This document shows, piece by piece, positions 50,419-61,804 of a DNA stretch of 64,000 nucleotides. The notes below the pieces were generated by a model. The model had not been told where the DNA came from. It worked only from the letters and a program-made list of their open reading frames with translations, and ran no database searches. Each line of letters starts with the position of its first letter. The first letter of the stretch is position 1. Made by a program: the position numbers and the translations under genes. Source of the DNA: Trichosphaerium sp. ATCC 40318 (Eukaryota; Protista; Tubulinea); contig JALMLS010000397.1 in assembly GCA_038496445.1 (NCBI GenBank), positions 124,001 through 188,000 of the forward strand, written 5' to 3'.

Positions 50419-53138
50419 GGGACTATTTTTGGTTGTGGTTCACACCTCTCATATGAACGGTTTTACGTATGTAAATATATATCTAGAACGAATGGCTCTA
50501 TTGTTAAGTTCTAAGTGTGAAATAAATTATTTACTTTTTTACGTATTTTTCGGTGTTTTTTTTTATGACTTAACAAAAAAAGCACCAATTGAGCTTTGTA
50601 TGCTACAAAACTCATGATTCAAGCAATTAACCGTAATAAACAATGCCTGAAATGCAATACACGCATTGTTGGCAGTAACAAAGCTTATGCCACAAAAATA
50701 CGTAACCACATATACAAAGTACCTGCAAACGGTGTTTACCGCGTGGAAAACGCTGAAAACATTGGTTTACTGTGTTCTGATTGTCGAAGAATTGAGATCC
50801 CATATATCAAGGTAGGGCAAGCGTGTACAAGCGTTTAACTTATGCTAGCGCATCTCACATCTATTTAACACATATACAACTTATTTTCAAGCCTGTACAG
50901 CTTTGCGTAATTCAACAACACGCATTATTTGAATCCAATTTATACAAAATAATTTTGTTTTTCAGGAGCACCAGAAAGTGGGTCGGCCATATAAAGTGCC
51001 TGACATCGAAGTAGACGTAGATGTGCAAGGGTACTACAAGCTAACAAGCATATCTAACATTGTGTAGAAAATTAGAAAAATTACATTTAGACATTATTTC
51101 GGCAATAGATAGTGTGCTGATGAAGCATGACTCAAGCCTTGTGTCAACTTGGCACAAAACCTACAAAGTGTATGACCATCTAAACAGTGTATCTCAGCCA
51201 TATAAGTTACTGGCAGATAATTTAAAAGTGTTCTATGATGCTATTCCATCCAACTCTCCTATTCGAACAAGTGCTATCCAAACATTGTTTACAGGTATAC
51301 CAGTACCTATGGCTGCGAAAATTGTTGGTGTTACTGAGAGGAGCATTTATAAAGCACGTAAGAGTGAGGTTAAACACCTTGATTATTATTTACGTGACTT
51401 GGGGATTCCTCGATGTCGTAAACAAGATACTTTAGATATTTTATTGACTTGGATTTCTGAAAACTGTGGAGTTGAATCAGGTTCAAAACATCGATGCTAT
51501 CATGGTACCAGGTTCACCATGTACAATGATTATTGTTCTTGGGCCCTATCAAAAAATCTACCAACTTTTAGTGTCAGTAAGTTTGACAACGTTTGGAAGC
51601 ATGAGCACATTTCTTTAAAACCAGCTGATAAATTTGTCTCAAAAGACTTTGTTGAACTTGGTGAGGTTAAGGGCGAATTGCTAGAGCTTGAACAACAAGA
51701 AACCATAGATCAAGAGCACCTCAATAAGCTCAAAGAGAAAATTAAAAAGCTGCAAACACAAGAGGACTTTGCTCAAGCTCGAATTGCTGAGTATAAGTTA
51801 GATCATAGCAATTTAGAAAGCTTTTTTAATATGTTGGTACTAACAATTGATTTTATGTCAACTCAGCTAAGAATGGGAATGAATATAGTAGATTTTATAC
51901 TGGTGCTAGCCACCAAATGCCCAATACAACTCCCAGAATCATTACTCAAACATCAAGTTAACACTGAAACACCCTTGTCAAGCACCAAACACCGGCCTGA
52001 ACGAAAAACTTCACTTCCAAAAAACAAAACAAAAAGGAAAAGAAAACAACAAAGTGCTAACTCACACACAAAAGCTTTACAACAACATAAAAAACAAAGA
52101 AAATTATCTGTTCAAGATACCAATATTGAATCTAAAGCTTTTAAACCACATGTTATCTACCTTCACTTCATGGCAAAGAAAACCAAAGCCAATCCAGTTA
52201 CTCAAACATTTGATTTTGTGCAATATGTGTTAGAGCAATTGTATGAACACGGTGTGTTTGAGCAATTCTCCAATATAACCATTTGGAGTGATGGATGTGG
52301 TAAACACTTTAAAGCATATGCAGCACAATATTTTATGGGTTTGTTTCAATCACGAATGAAGAAACCTATGGTATGGAAGTTTTTGGCACCTCTTCGGGCA
52401 CACAACAGAGCTGATGGAGCAGCTGGCATGATTAAAAAAAAACAACATGCCTATACAGCAGGTTCTTTTGTGCTTGAAACTGTTCCCCACTTGGCATATG
52501 CTTGTGAGCACTTAAAAAACACATACATATTTAATGTCAATACCTTGAATTTGCCTGAAGTCATAGAAGTAGTAAACCCAAAGCAGAATTTTACATTCAT
52601 GCAAAATGCTTTTGAGTTTAAATACAAAAAAAAAAGTAGGGAACGTGTTCCAAAATGTGGACATGGTTGTATCAAACCATGTGATCATGTATGTGGCTAT
52701 TGTAGAGGTGACACTAGAGATTGTGTAGTTATTAATGTAGGCACGCGCAATGGCACTACACTGGATTACCAAGAAAGGACAATTTTTTCAGCTGAAATTT
52801 TAGAGGCAGATGATAATAATGCTATGTGGAACACCGAAAGTGATAAAAATCGCCGTAAACCAAAGAATATAACCCGTACCCGGCACGTGTTAATTGAATT
52901 ACCTACAGAAAATGGTGGTGATAGAGGAGAAGACTATGATCCCAGCTATAAATAAATCGTTTTTACATTCAATGAAATGGTTAATTAAAGTGCACTATTT
53001 GTTACTAGAAACGCTTGTTTAATACCCCATATAGACACATATGCGATCTACTACATACATAAAAATTGGGTAAAAATAATGTTTTTGAGGAGTGCTAGAA
53101 TTTTTTTGAAAGTGTGAACTGCTTACAAAAATCGTCCC
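50419..53138 (+). mobile_element. DNA transposon (Sola2-like), apparently intact
   Basis: Imperfect about 27-bp TIRs gggactatttttg...gttcacac / gtgtgaac...caaaaatcgtccc; TA on both flanks; encloses the transposase gene. Confidence 0.8.
50614..52955 (+). CDS. DDE/D-type transposase (Sola2-like) with two 5' introns
   Basis: N-terminal CxxC...CxxC; HTH-like AAKIVGVTERSIYKA; VLTIDF, IWSDGCGKHFK, AHNRADG catalytic-like motifs; C-terminal Cys/His cluster. Confidence 0.8.
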
Positions 53139-53625
53139 TAATGAAGCGGTGCTCATTTTAGCTGGAGTTAATATTGTGGTGAGATCGGGATGCTATTTCA
53201 AGATAGAAACAAATACAATGTTAGAACGTTGCAAGCAGTAACTTGACAGGTTTAGGAAGAAGCCTTCCATGTCTAGGTGGCTCAATAGCAACAGGAGCTT
53301 GCTAATCCTTCACATCTTTGATGTACTTTGGAGTCAATAGAGTCTGCTTCGCCAAGTCATTTAGGATGTCAAAAGCTGGATAGAAATAAGTCACTAAAAG
53401 ACAAACAGTATCTTACACGTAATGAAACACGTGTTAATGTAGTAAATTGTGATCAAGCACATGCTAGTTTTTGTTGTGGACATTTGGGCAGATAAAACGT
53501 ACCTTGCTTACAATGTTCTGAAAGTTAGAATAAATAAGCCAGAAAGATGTAAAATACAAGTATTTGTTTATTGTACATTAGAAAATGTTCCGTTATCCCT
53601 TCACGTCTCGCTCTACTTAAATTTT

Positions 53626-54373
53626 TCACATCACAGTGCAAAGACTCCTTCTTTTAATGCGTGTTGATGAGTTGTGCAACTCTGCCTTCCTTATCTCTCG
53701 TACAACTTGAAAAAAAGCTTCTTGAACGTTTTTACGTGTTTTAGCTGATGTCTCAAAAAAAGGTATGCCATAATGCTGTCCAAGTTCTTGTCCTTCTTCT
53801 TTACTAACTTGTCTGTCTTCTTCCAAATCAACTTTATTACCAATCAATACAGAAGGGAATGAGTCTACACCCCTCACCCTAAAAAACGAAGGTCAGAAAT
53901 ATTTTGATAAAATTTTGAGATAAAGTTCCTCATTGTCTGTTTACTTACGAACCTTTTGACTTCGTCGTAGAAAGCTGCTACTTCCTCAAAAGAGCCACGG
54001 CTTATAGTCGAGTAAACAAATAAAAATCCTTGGCTTGTGCTCATGTACTGTACGTTAAAACAGTATATTAGTTGATCAATTGAAAAAAAGCACTTACTCG
54101 ACAAATTGGAGTACACTCTTCTTTTCCTGCTGTATCAAGAATATCCAATTCAAGCGCCTCTTTGTCTACAACACACCGTTTTCGATACCTACATAAGAGT
54201 TATAACGCGTTTTGAGCATAAGTTGTCAAAAGATTGTGTAATGGTTAAAACGCTTACGAATCTTCTATTGTAGGGTCATATTCATCAACAAAGTGGTTGT
54301 TTATTAATTGTATTGTAAGCGTTGATTTTCCAACGCCACCACCGCCAATAACTGCCATTTTATATTCAGACAT
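53626..54373 (-). CDS. ras: Ras-family small GTPase with altered switch II
   Basis: [34 protein letters not shown], CaaX CTVM. Confidence 0.9.
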
Positions 54374-54417
54374 CGAAAGCGCTCTCTGTCACGTTAAAAT
54401 TGAACTTCTCGATGTAC

Positions 54418-55824
54418 AGAGATGTTTACATATTTCAAAATATTTCAAATATTTCAAATATTGCAAATGTTTTAAATGTTGCGAAATTGTTGAAAAACCT
54501 GCCAAACTTTTTGTCAGTCGGTTGTTAAGAGTTACGCTAAACACCTGAAAAGCATTCTACGGTAGTTTGGTAGCGCTAGAGCCAGATTACGTAAGCATTC
54601 CACACATGCTTATCGGCTTTAAAAGATACTGTTAAATAAGGTGGTGGAGTGTGAGAGCATAAAATTACGTTGTAAGCGCGGAAAAAAGTACTTACTTAAA
54701 AGCAAAAACTATTTGCCTTAAAAGGAAAGTAGCAACATAAACTCCTTGAACACGGTTTCATGATGCCTGCACATTATATAGCCTTTTAATTGTTCTAAAT
54801 ATGTAGGAACTGAAGTTATAAGTGTTTTACAGCGTTTAGTGGCTAAAAAAGTTAATTGCTCTTTAAAATCAAAGAACAATACTATATAAGTGTTATTCAT
54901 GCGTAGAATATGCGTTTCCAAGCATAAAACGCCGTTTAAAACAAAAAGGCAAGAAAAAGGTATAATGCCAGGCAATGCCATCGATATTCTCTAAACTATA
55001 TAAACAGCTCATATACTTCTGTTTCTACATATTCACAGTTTGGACCGTTTTGGCCCTAGCCTTTAATATTGGTTTTACGAAAAATTCCAGCTTTAGAAAA
55101 CTGGCCATTTTTAAAAACACATAAACGTGCCAGCTAAAATACATCACTTGCAATGCATGTGAGTATATTGATGGCAATAACTGAGATGTAAAATTGATTG
55201 TTTGATAACTTTGGGAAAAAAAAAATGTAAGTGAGTACTTTTTGTGCAAACGCTATTGGCATGCGTATTTTTACAATTGATCATAGTGGTACCACTATGC
55301 CATATACTCATTTTCTAATGAAGAAAAGCGTAGAACATAACATATAACATCAGTGTAGAATAGCAAACCTTTTGTTTCATCAAATATCATTCAACAAACT
55401 CCCACATTTGAGGCACTTTATTGTGCATTTACTTTTCAATAACATGCTTTGAGGCTTTTAAATACGACCATTGACACATACTCAAAGTGATGAAAACATA
55501 ATTGATAATGTGTGCAATAAGTATAACTTAGCTAAACAATGCTTAAAAAGTCACAAAATTACACTATTTTTTAGAGTCATTGTAGGCTACATCACTGTTG
55601 GTGAATGTTTCATACTCTCTATATATTATTTACAGTATGTATGGCTACTATTTACTCAAGCGTCAATCATAAAAAACTATTTTTAACATCAAAATAATTT
55701 TGTTTTAAAAGTGGAGTGCTTACATAATCTGGCTCTATTCTGTTTTGTTTCAAGTGTTACATTTATTTCATAATATTTGGAATATTTGTAATATTTGAAA
55801 TATTTGTAACCAGAAAACATCTCT
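54418..55824. repeat. Outer imperfect inverted repeat of aaatatttc tandem units enclosing the TIR element
   Basis: agagatgttt...(aaatatttc)n at 54418-54470 mirrors (aatatttg)n...aaacatctct at 55770-55824. Confidence 0.55.
54579..55735. mobile_element. Non-autonomous TIR DNA transposon
   Basis: 25-bp TIRs with 2 mismatches, gagccagattacgtaagcattccac / gtggagtgcttacataatctggctc; TA on both flanks; no convincing ORF. Confidence 0.8.
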
Positions 55825-56048
55825 TACCTACGACCACGCAGAACCAGAAATTTGTTTTATAAAAATAGAATTCAACAAAAGCTATTTAAAAACCATATCA
55901 TCCCTTGGCAAGTGTTGTTTAATTGTGATTTCCTTTATTTTACTATTTACAAAATCGTTGTTACCTCAGCTTATCGTACAGGTATACTTGTTTTGGTTTC
56001 ATTGGCCCTAAACTGAGGCACCATCGTGATATCTACCATAGGTCTTTG

Positions 56049-56693
56049 TTAGTATCTATCCTTGAATGCACCTTTGACATAAAAACGTTGATCTATCAAG
56101 CTCCCATTCTCACTCCACCACTTGTATTCCCCTTCAAGTTGACCATTAACATAAAAACTTCTTCTTTGCAATTGACCATTGGCATAATACTCACAATGAA
56201 CTCCTTCGACTACACCATTTACAAAACACTGTAGTGAACTCAATTGCCCGTTGTAATGCCAACATTTAAGCTCCGCAGTATTATTATTGACAACGACATA
56301 CTGTTGCCTCAGTTCACCACCACGATACCACATCTTATATTCTTCTTTTTTGTCATCAACAAAATGACTCTGTTCCTTCAATTGACCAGTGTCAAACCAA
56401 CATTTACACTTGCCATGGCGTTTACCATGTATCCAATACTGGTTTTGTATAATTTGAAATGTTGATGAAGCTCTGCCTGACACGAGGAGTTCAATTTTTT
56501 TAAATTTTAGCCATTTGCCATGTTTTTTTAACTCACCATCAAACCTTGTTGTTGCTGTTTTTTTAGATAACAAAGGCCATATTAGATAAACATCAAAGTC
56601 TAGATCTTTAATATCAAGTTGTAACTCCACAGGAAGGTTTAATAGGCCACAAACACCTGGTTGCTTGGATTTCGTAGATTGTACAGCACCCAT
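56049..56693 (-). CDS. MORN-variant repeat protein with F-box-like N-terminus (single exon)
   Basis: MG start (possible myristoylation); LLNLPVELQLDI; NGQLEGEYKWWSENGSL repeats; paralog of the 48217 gene (VYxxWPLL, KHGxW). Confidence 0.8.
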   Translation of the reverse strand: MGAVQSTKSKQPGVCGLLNLPVELQLDIKDLDFDVYLIWPLLSKKTATTRFDGELKKHGKWLKFKKIELLVSGRASSTFQIIQNQYWIHGKRHGKCKCWFDTGQLKEQSHFVDDKKEEYKMWYRGGELRQQYVVVNNNTAELKCWHYNGQLSSLQCFVNGVVEGVHCEYYANGQLQRRSFYVNGQLEGEYKWWSENGSLIDQRFYVKGAFKDRY

Positions 56694-57441
56694 ATGGTTA
56701 TTTAGCTGCTATCACGTGATTTTATGTATAATTGTAACGTTCTAACTACTTTGCTTATTTGTTGTCATCACGTGATTCTGTAGCAGGTTAATAGTTTTAA
56801 TTTGCGTTAGCACGTGTCTACTGGTTTTGGTATTTGTGTTGCACAAAACTTAAAGTCAACTTAGTTGACTTCGAATGGAGAACATTGAGCTTCCAGTGGA
56901 GCTGTAATAGAGTAATGAGCAATAGATGGGCTACCTTGCTAACTCGTGCACATACTTATACACAACATTCTTTGTACACCCGGTTCGTGGCACATGATAC
57001 AACGGCCTGGGAATTCAAAAACTTCATACAAGTTGTAATCCTGTTTCTGGCGTCGACTACAAAGTAACTCTTTTTAACAAAGGGTTAATGAGCTTACAGT
57101 GGCTCTGATGCTCTTTACCAGGACTACAATTGTGTATGGGGTGTGTAGTATAGACACTTTGGATGAACTAGCATGTGTAAATTCTCTAGTAACATTCTTT
57201 GTAAGAACCAACAACGGTCTTGTTGACACTGCTAATGATTGACTCTACCTGTTGCGGATGGCTTGTTCTGTTTTTTAACTTGTTATTTCTGCAATAGCAC
57301 ATGCTGATAGCCTGCAGTAAGAAGAATCTTTTCAATACAAGATGTTATATTGATACATTGTCTTTCATACCACAAAGCAAATATCTCTTTTAAAGAGATC
57401 ATTCATTATAGTTGGTCTTACACGTGTCTTTACAATGTAAA

Positions 57442-58788
57442 CTATTCATTTTTGTCATCATGCAACCAACTTTTCCTGTGATATCTAAACTTTGGTCTAT
57501 CTTCAAGTTCAAGGCACTCATGTTCACTAATATTAGAAAGTTTGAAGATTATAACATTGTCCTCCGTGGCTTTTATGACATACATACATCCATTCCATAT
57601 AACCATACCTCTACTTCCCCACAAACGTGAATCTTTCACATAATCATAAGAAACAGTCTTAAACGATGGAAGATCCATCTTTTCAAAGCTATTCACATCA
57701 TGCCTATAAACCATTATAGATCCTAAATCACCAGATTTTGTTGTTTCAGGTTGACGTATCATAGAAACAACACACTGTTCACCATGTCTATGAAAATACT
57801 CTTTTAGCATTCTTGTACTCTTTGTTGCAGACTCAGCGAGGAATAAATCATTCCAGTATACACCACCAGGCCCTGTATACATCATATATAATAGAGCTGG
57901 TGTACTATTATGTACAATGTAAGTTACAAACTCACAACATGCCCACAAGTCGTAGTTTGGATACGCGGCTGCAAACAGCTGCACAACTCCAGTTTTTAAA
58001 GAGCATTCAAATGCTCCTGGTGTACCGACAAAGAATATCTTATCTTTATCTTCTGGATGTGCACATACTGGCATGTCCAGTGTTTCGAATGGTTTGCCAT
58101 TGTATTTTAAGTCAACAGTACGGTGAGTCTTTGCTTCAATGTCATAGACAAAGAATTTTTTTGCGCCCGAACAAAGAAGAAATTTGTCATCACAAGTTAC
58201 AGCTAAACTCAAAGGAGTTAGGTCTGCTATGATAGTACGTCCTGCAGATATATTTTTTAAGTCGATGCAGAAAACCTTGTAACGGCCACAGAAAAACAAC
58301 TAAAGGAACATTATTGTTGAATATACGAAAAAAATAAACTGCTCAACTGCTCATGCAACTCACTTTTCCTGATTGTGTTACAACGTATGGCTCTACATCT
58401 AGTGCCAACGTTTTCCCTTCATACCATATAGCCGATGTATCAGAAACGCGATATTCCTAAAATAATCTTAAGATCATATGAGAAAACTCAATAATTTTGT
58501 AAATGTCCAAGCACAAAAAAACTTGTGTTTCAGATTAGCGAAACAGATTTTACGTTATTTGACAAAAAACTGCTCTGTGGCAACGTACCTTGTATGCATT
58601 GGTCATACTATGGCAACAACTAAACTCCTTACAAGTACAAGCCATGGCAAAAGCTGTTTTAGCATCAAGTTTATTAACAACTCCCAAATGGGCCGATAAC
58701 GTTAGAGACGTGAATGATAGAGCGTCACAAGTATCTTAAAGCATAAAACGTTATTATTAGGTTAAAGACAACGCTATGTACCTTCCAT
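57442..58788 (-). CDS. Putative F-box protein with beta-rich (propeller-like) C-terminus
   Basis: Spliced N-terminus FTSLTLSAHLGVVNKLDAKTAFAMACTCKEF; 285-aa terminal exon rich in beta-strand patterns. Confidence 0.5.
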
Positions 58789-59536
58789 ATCAACGAATAG
58801 TTCTTTTGAATGTGCGGCGACGTTGCAGTAGTAAATAGAGTGTGAATGTTTTGCTAAGGCATTATTTGTTGTCGCAAATATTTCATTAAATGACTTGTCT
58901 ACTTAGACGGTGCTTTTTATGCACTCAAAAAGGAGGATATGGTAATTGAAAGCGTACTCCTTTTTTTCTTGCTTTTGTACGTGGTATTATGGCTTCTCAG
59001 AAATTTCTGCATATCAAAAAGAAAAATCTAAATAAAAACACAAGCCATGAACGTCTAGATGCGATGAATGAGTGTACAAGTTTTACAACCTTGAAATTGC
59101 TTCACAAGCGTATATTTTTACCTTTTTTTTGTCTGTGTTTTTATTGGGTACTTCAAATGATTGTGGTGGTGATTGTCCGGTTCAACAAATGATAAGACTT
59201 TTACTTAATCACTTCAGATTTACCGATAGAAGTATAGGTACATAACACATATTTATAGTGACGGGTGGTGTTGGCGGCTCGACAGGTAAGAAAGCAATAA
59301 TGCAAACCAATTTTCTCCATAAAAAACCGTGTCTCCAGGTTTTAACAAATTACTCCAAGTAAAGATCTCTGTGGCAGAAGTTTTACAAATATATGGTGTA
59401 CTCTTTAAGATATTCACGTCAATAAATCACGTGATGTTGATGTATCTTCACCTGAAAAAAACGAGAAAAGCATGACCACTATTGATTCGAGCACTTGTTC
59501 GATTGTAAACACAACCTTTTACAACAACAACAACAA

Positions 59537-60852
59537 ATGCATCTCATCAACTTACTCAGTTTAATCTCTTTGATTTCTTGCACTGTTATTGCTTCTTGCG
59601 ATTTTAAATACGATAACTCGATAAGTGGACCTATTAACTGGGCAACATTTTGCTCAAATCCAGGTAAGTACATTTCAGCACCACACTAAAAAATACCTAT
59701 TGAATCTTTGAGTTATCCTATCACATAACGCTGTCTAGCCATACAGTTTTTGTTTTTCTGTTCATGATATTCTCATGTTTTAATGTCTAATAGATTGCGA
59801 TGGTTCAAGTCAATCTCCTATTGATATAAAGGGCGCTGAAGCTGTTCTAGACTCAAATCTATTGCCAATGGTTCGATGCTTTCTACATTGAATCTAATCT
59901 TTACGACTAGAACACGCAATATGGAACTACCGCTGAGTACGAACTAAAAAACACTGGGCATGGCATTCAAAGTACCTCTCATACTATTTACAATACTCTC
60001 ATCTTAGTATTTTTTAGTTAATGTTGATGATAAGTCTTTGTCAACAACAATTACTGGAGAATCACTGCCTCTTATACAATTTCATTTACATACTTTGAGT
60101 GAGCATACATTTGATGGATCATCCAAGTCCGCTGAAGTTCATTTGGTACAACAAAATCTTTCGCTTAACAACTTCACTTCTTAGCAATAGAAATTGTTAA
60201 CCACTTTGTAGGTTCATATTGTAGATTCAAAAATCACTGTTGTAGGCATCGCTTTTGAGGCTGATACAAGTGTTACAACAGAAGATCCTTTTATTGCAGC
60301 GGTTCGATTGCTTCTTTTTTGTTGGAAAACAAATCAAGTCATTTAATGATTGTTTAGTTGACACCTATGTTGCCTCTATTATCACCTATGTTGCCTCTAT
60401 TATCTGGAAACGTAACGGCTGTAACACTAAACGTACGTACGATTTACTAGTGCAAACAGAACAATCGCGTCTTTGGTTGCTTGTCTTACTTGTTTTAGTT
60501 GGAAGCAACTCTTGGAGAGTCTGTTAATGATAAAGAGTACTACACTTACTCAGGTTCATTGACCACACCACCATGTTCTGAGGGCGTACAGTTTTACATA
60601 ATGAAGGACGTTAGAGCAATTACAGTCGATCAATTCAATGCTCTTCAAACAGTTCCTGTTCTGAAAGGAAACGCAAGACCTGTACAACCCCTCAATGGCC
60701 GTCAAGTCTCAAAGTTTGTGCCTAGTTCTGTCGAGCCTACTTCTCCAACTGCTGCTCCAGTCGACACATCTGCACCAGTTGACGCTTCAAATGGAAGCTT
60801 CTTACAATTAAGCATTGTTGCTTTATTGGCTGTGTATGCTATCGTAATGTAA
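59537..60852 (+). CDS. Alpha-carbonic anhydrase, secreted and probably GPI/membrane-anchored (multi-exon)
   Basis: Signal peptide; GPINW, QSPIDI, NTGH, QFHLH..SEH, AEVHLVH, YSGSLTTPPCSEGV, GNARPVQPLNGR; S/T/P stalk and hydrophobic tail. Confidence 0.92.
60362..60403 (+). repeat. 21-bp exact tandem duplication within a carbonic anhydrase exon
   Basis: cacctatgttgcctctattat twice. Confidence 0.85.
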
Positions 60853-61138
60853 TAAACTGTTTTTGTTAAATTTGAGTTTATAAGTAGTCTATTGTCAAAC
60901 GAAAAAGGTAAACTAAACTATTTATTGAGCTTGTCATTTCCAAGTTGGACAAGTTGGGTTACTAGCACAAGCTGAACTGAAGTACCGATCCATTACTTCT
61001 CGGCACAGAGACTTTGGACCATTTACTCATTGAGTACCCTTTGGGTATCTTGTTGAAAGTAAAGACAACGTGGCAAATTGCCATTAAATAGGCGTCGAAA
61101 GCCAAGAACTTGGATACCTTCTTATTTAGCCATGTGAT

Positions 61139-61708
61139 TCATAAGTGAGCGCATGTCTTCATCTTTTCTGTTACTTTAAATCCTTCAACTTTAAGGCTCT
61201 CACTCTTCTCAACAGTAAACTCAAGGGTTACTCCCTTGAAGAAACTCAGAGTCTCTTTGAGTTCCCTTTGAATTGATGTGTCACTGTAAAATCCTAACGA
61301 ACCAGAGAGGCCAAGCATCTCAAACGCTATAGGTTGTTGATTGGCATTGGTGAATACTTTCGCCACAGTGGTTATAACCTGTTCACGAGCCGAGACGGAA
61401 GCAACCCTGATATTAAGTAAAGTCGTTGGGCGTTGATTTCGTTCTTCTTTGTCGTAGGATTCTACTGCGCTCTTGAAATTACTCTGAATAGTCTTTTTGG
61501 ATTTGAAAGTGTCGTTAAACGTAATGTTGTCTGGAGTCCGAACGGAGTCACCATTGTCCAACAGAATATGGTATCCTCTGAATTCTGCCTCAAACGGATA
61601 CTTTTCACACATATACTCCCTTTGCTGGTATTCATAGTACGCCTAGTACAGTCTTTAGCATTATGTAAAGTACGACTGTTTAGTACTGTTACTCACTTGA
61701 TCATCCAT
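61139..61708 (-). CDS. Hypothetical protein (2 exons)
   Basis: ATG GAT GAT CAA|gtgagt...tag joins in frame to the 157-aa ORF; no domain recognised. Confidence 0.45.
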
Positions 61709-61804
61709 AGTGTTCCGTTAGTATGGGTGTCTCTGAGAGTGTTGACTTAGTAGAGGGTTTAAGCAGTGATTTCATGCGCACGTGTGTCAAAACGTTTAAT
61801 GAAA

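Noticed and set aside
54030-54100. Possible U12/AT-AC intron in Ras explaining the odd switch II
   Set aside because: No RTATCCTT donor; a standard gtaagt donor is present
61139-61612. Possible endogenous viral ORF
   Set aside because: An upstream exon and canonical intron join in frame, so it looks like a host gene; no viral motif recognised
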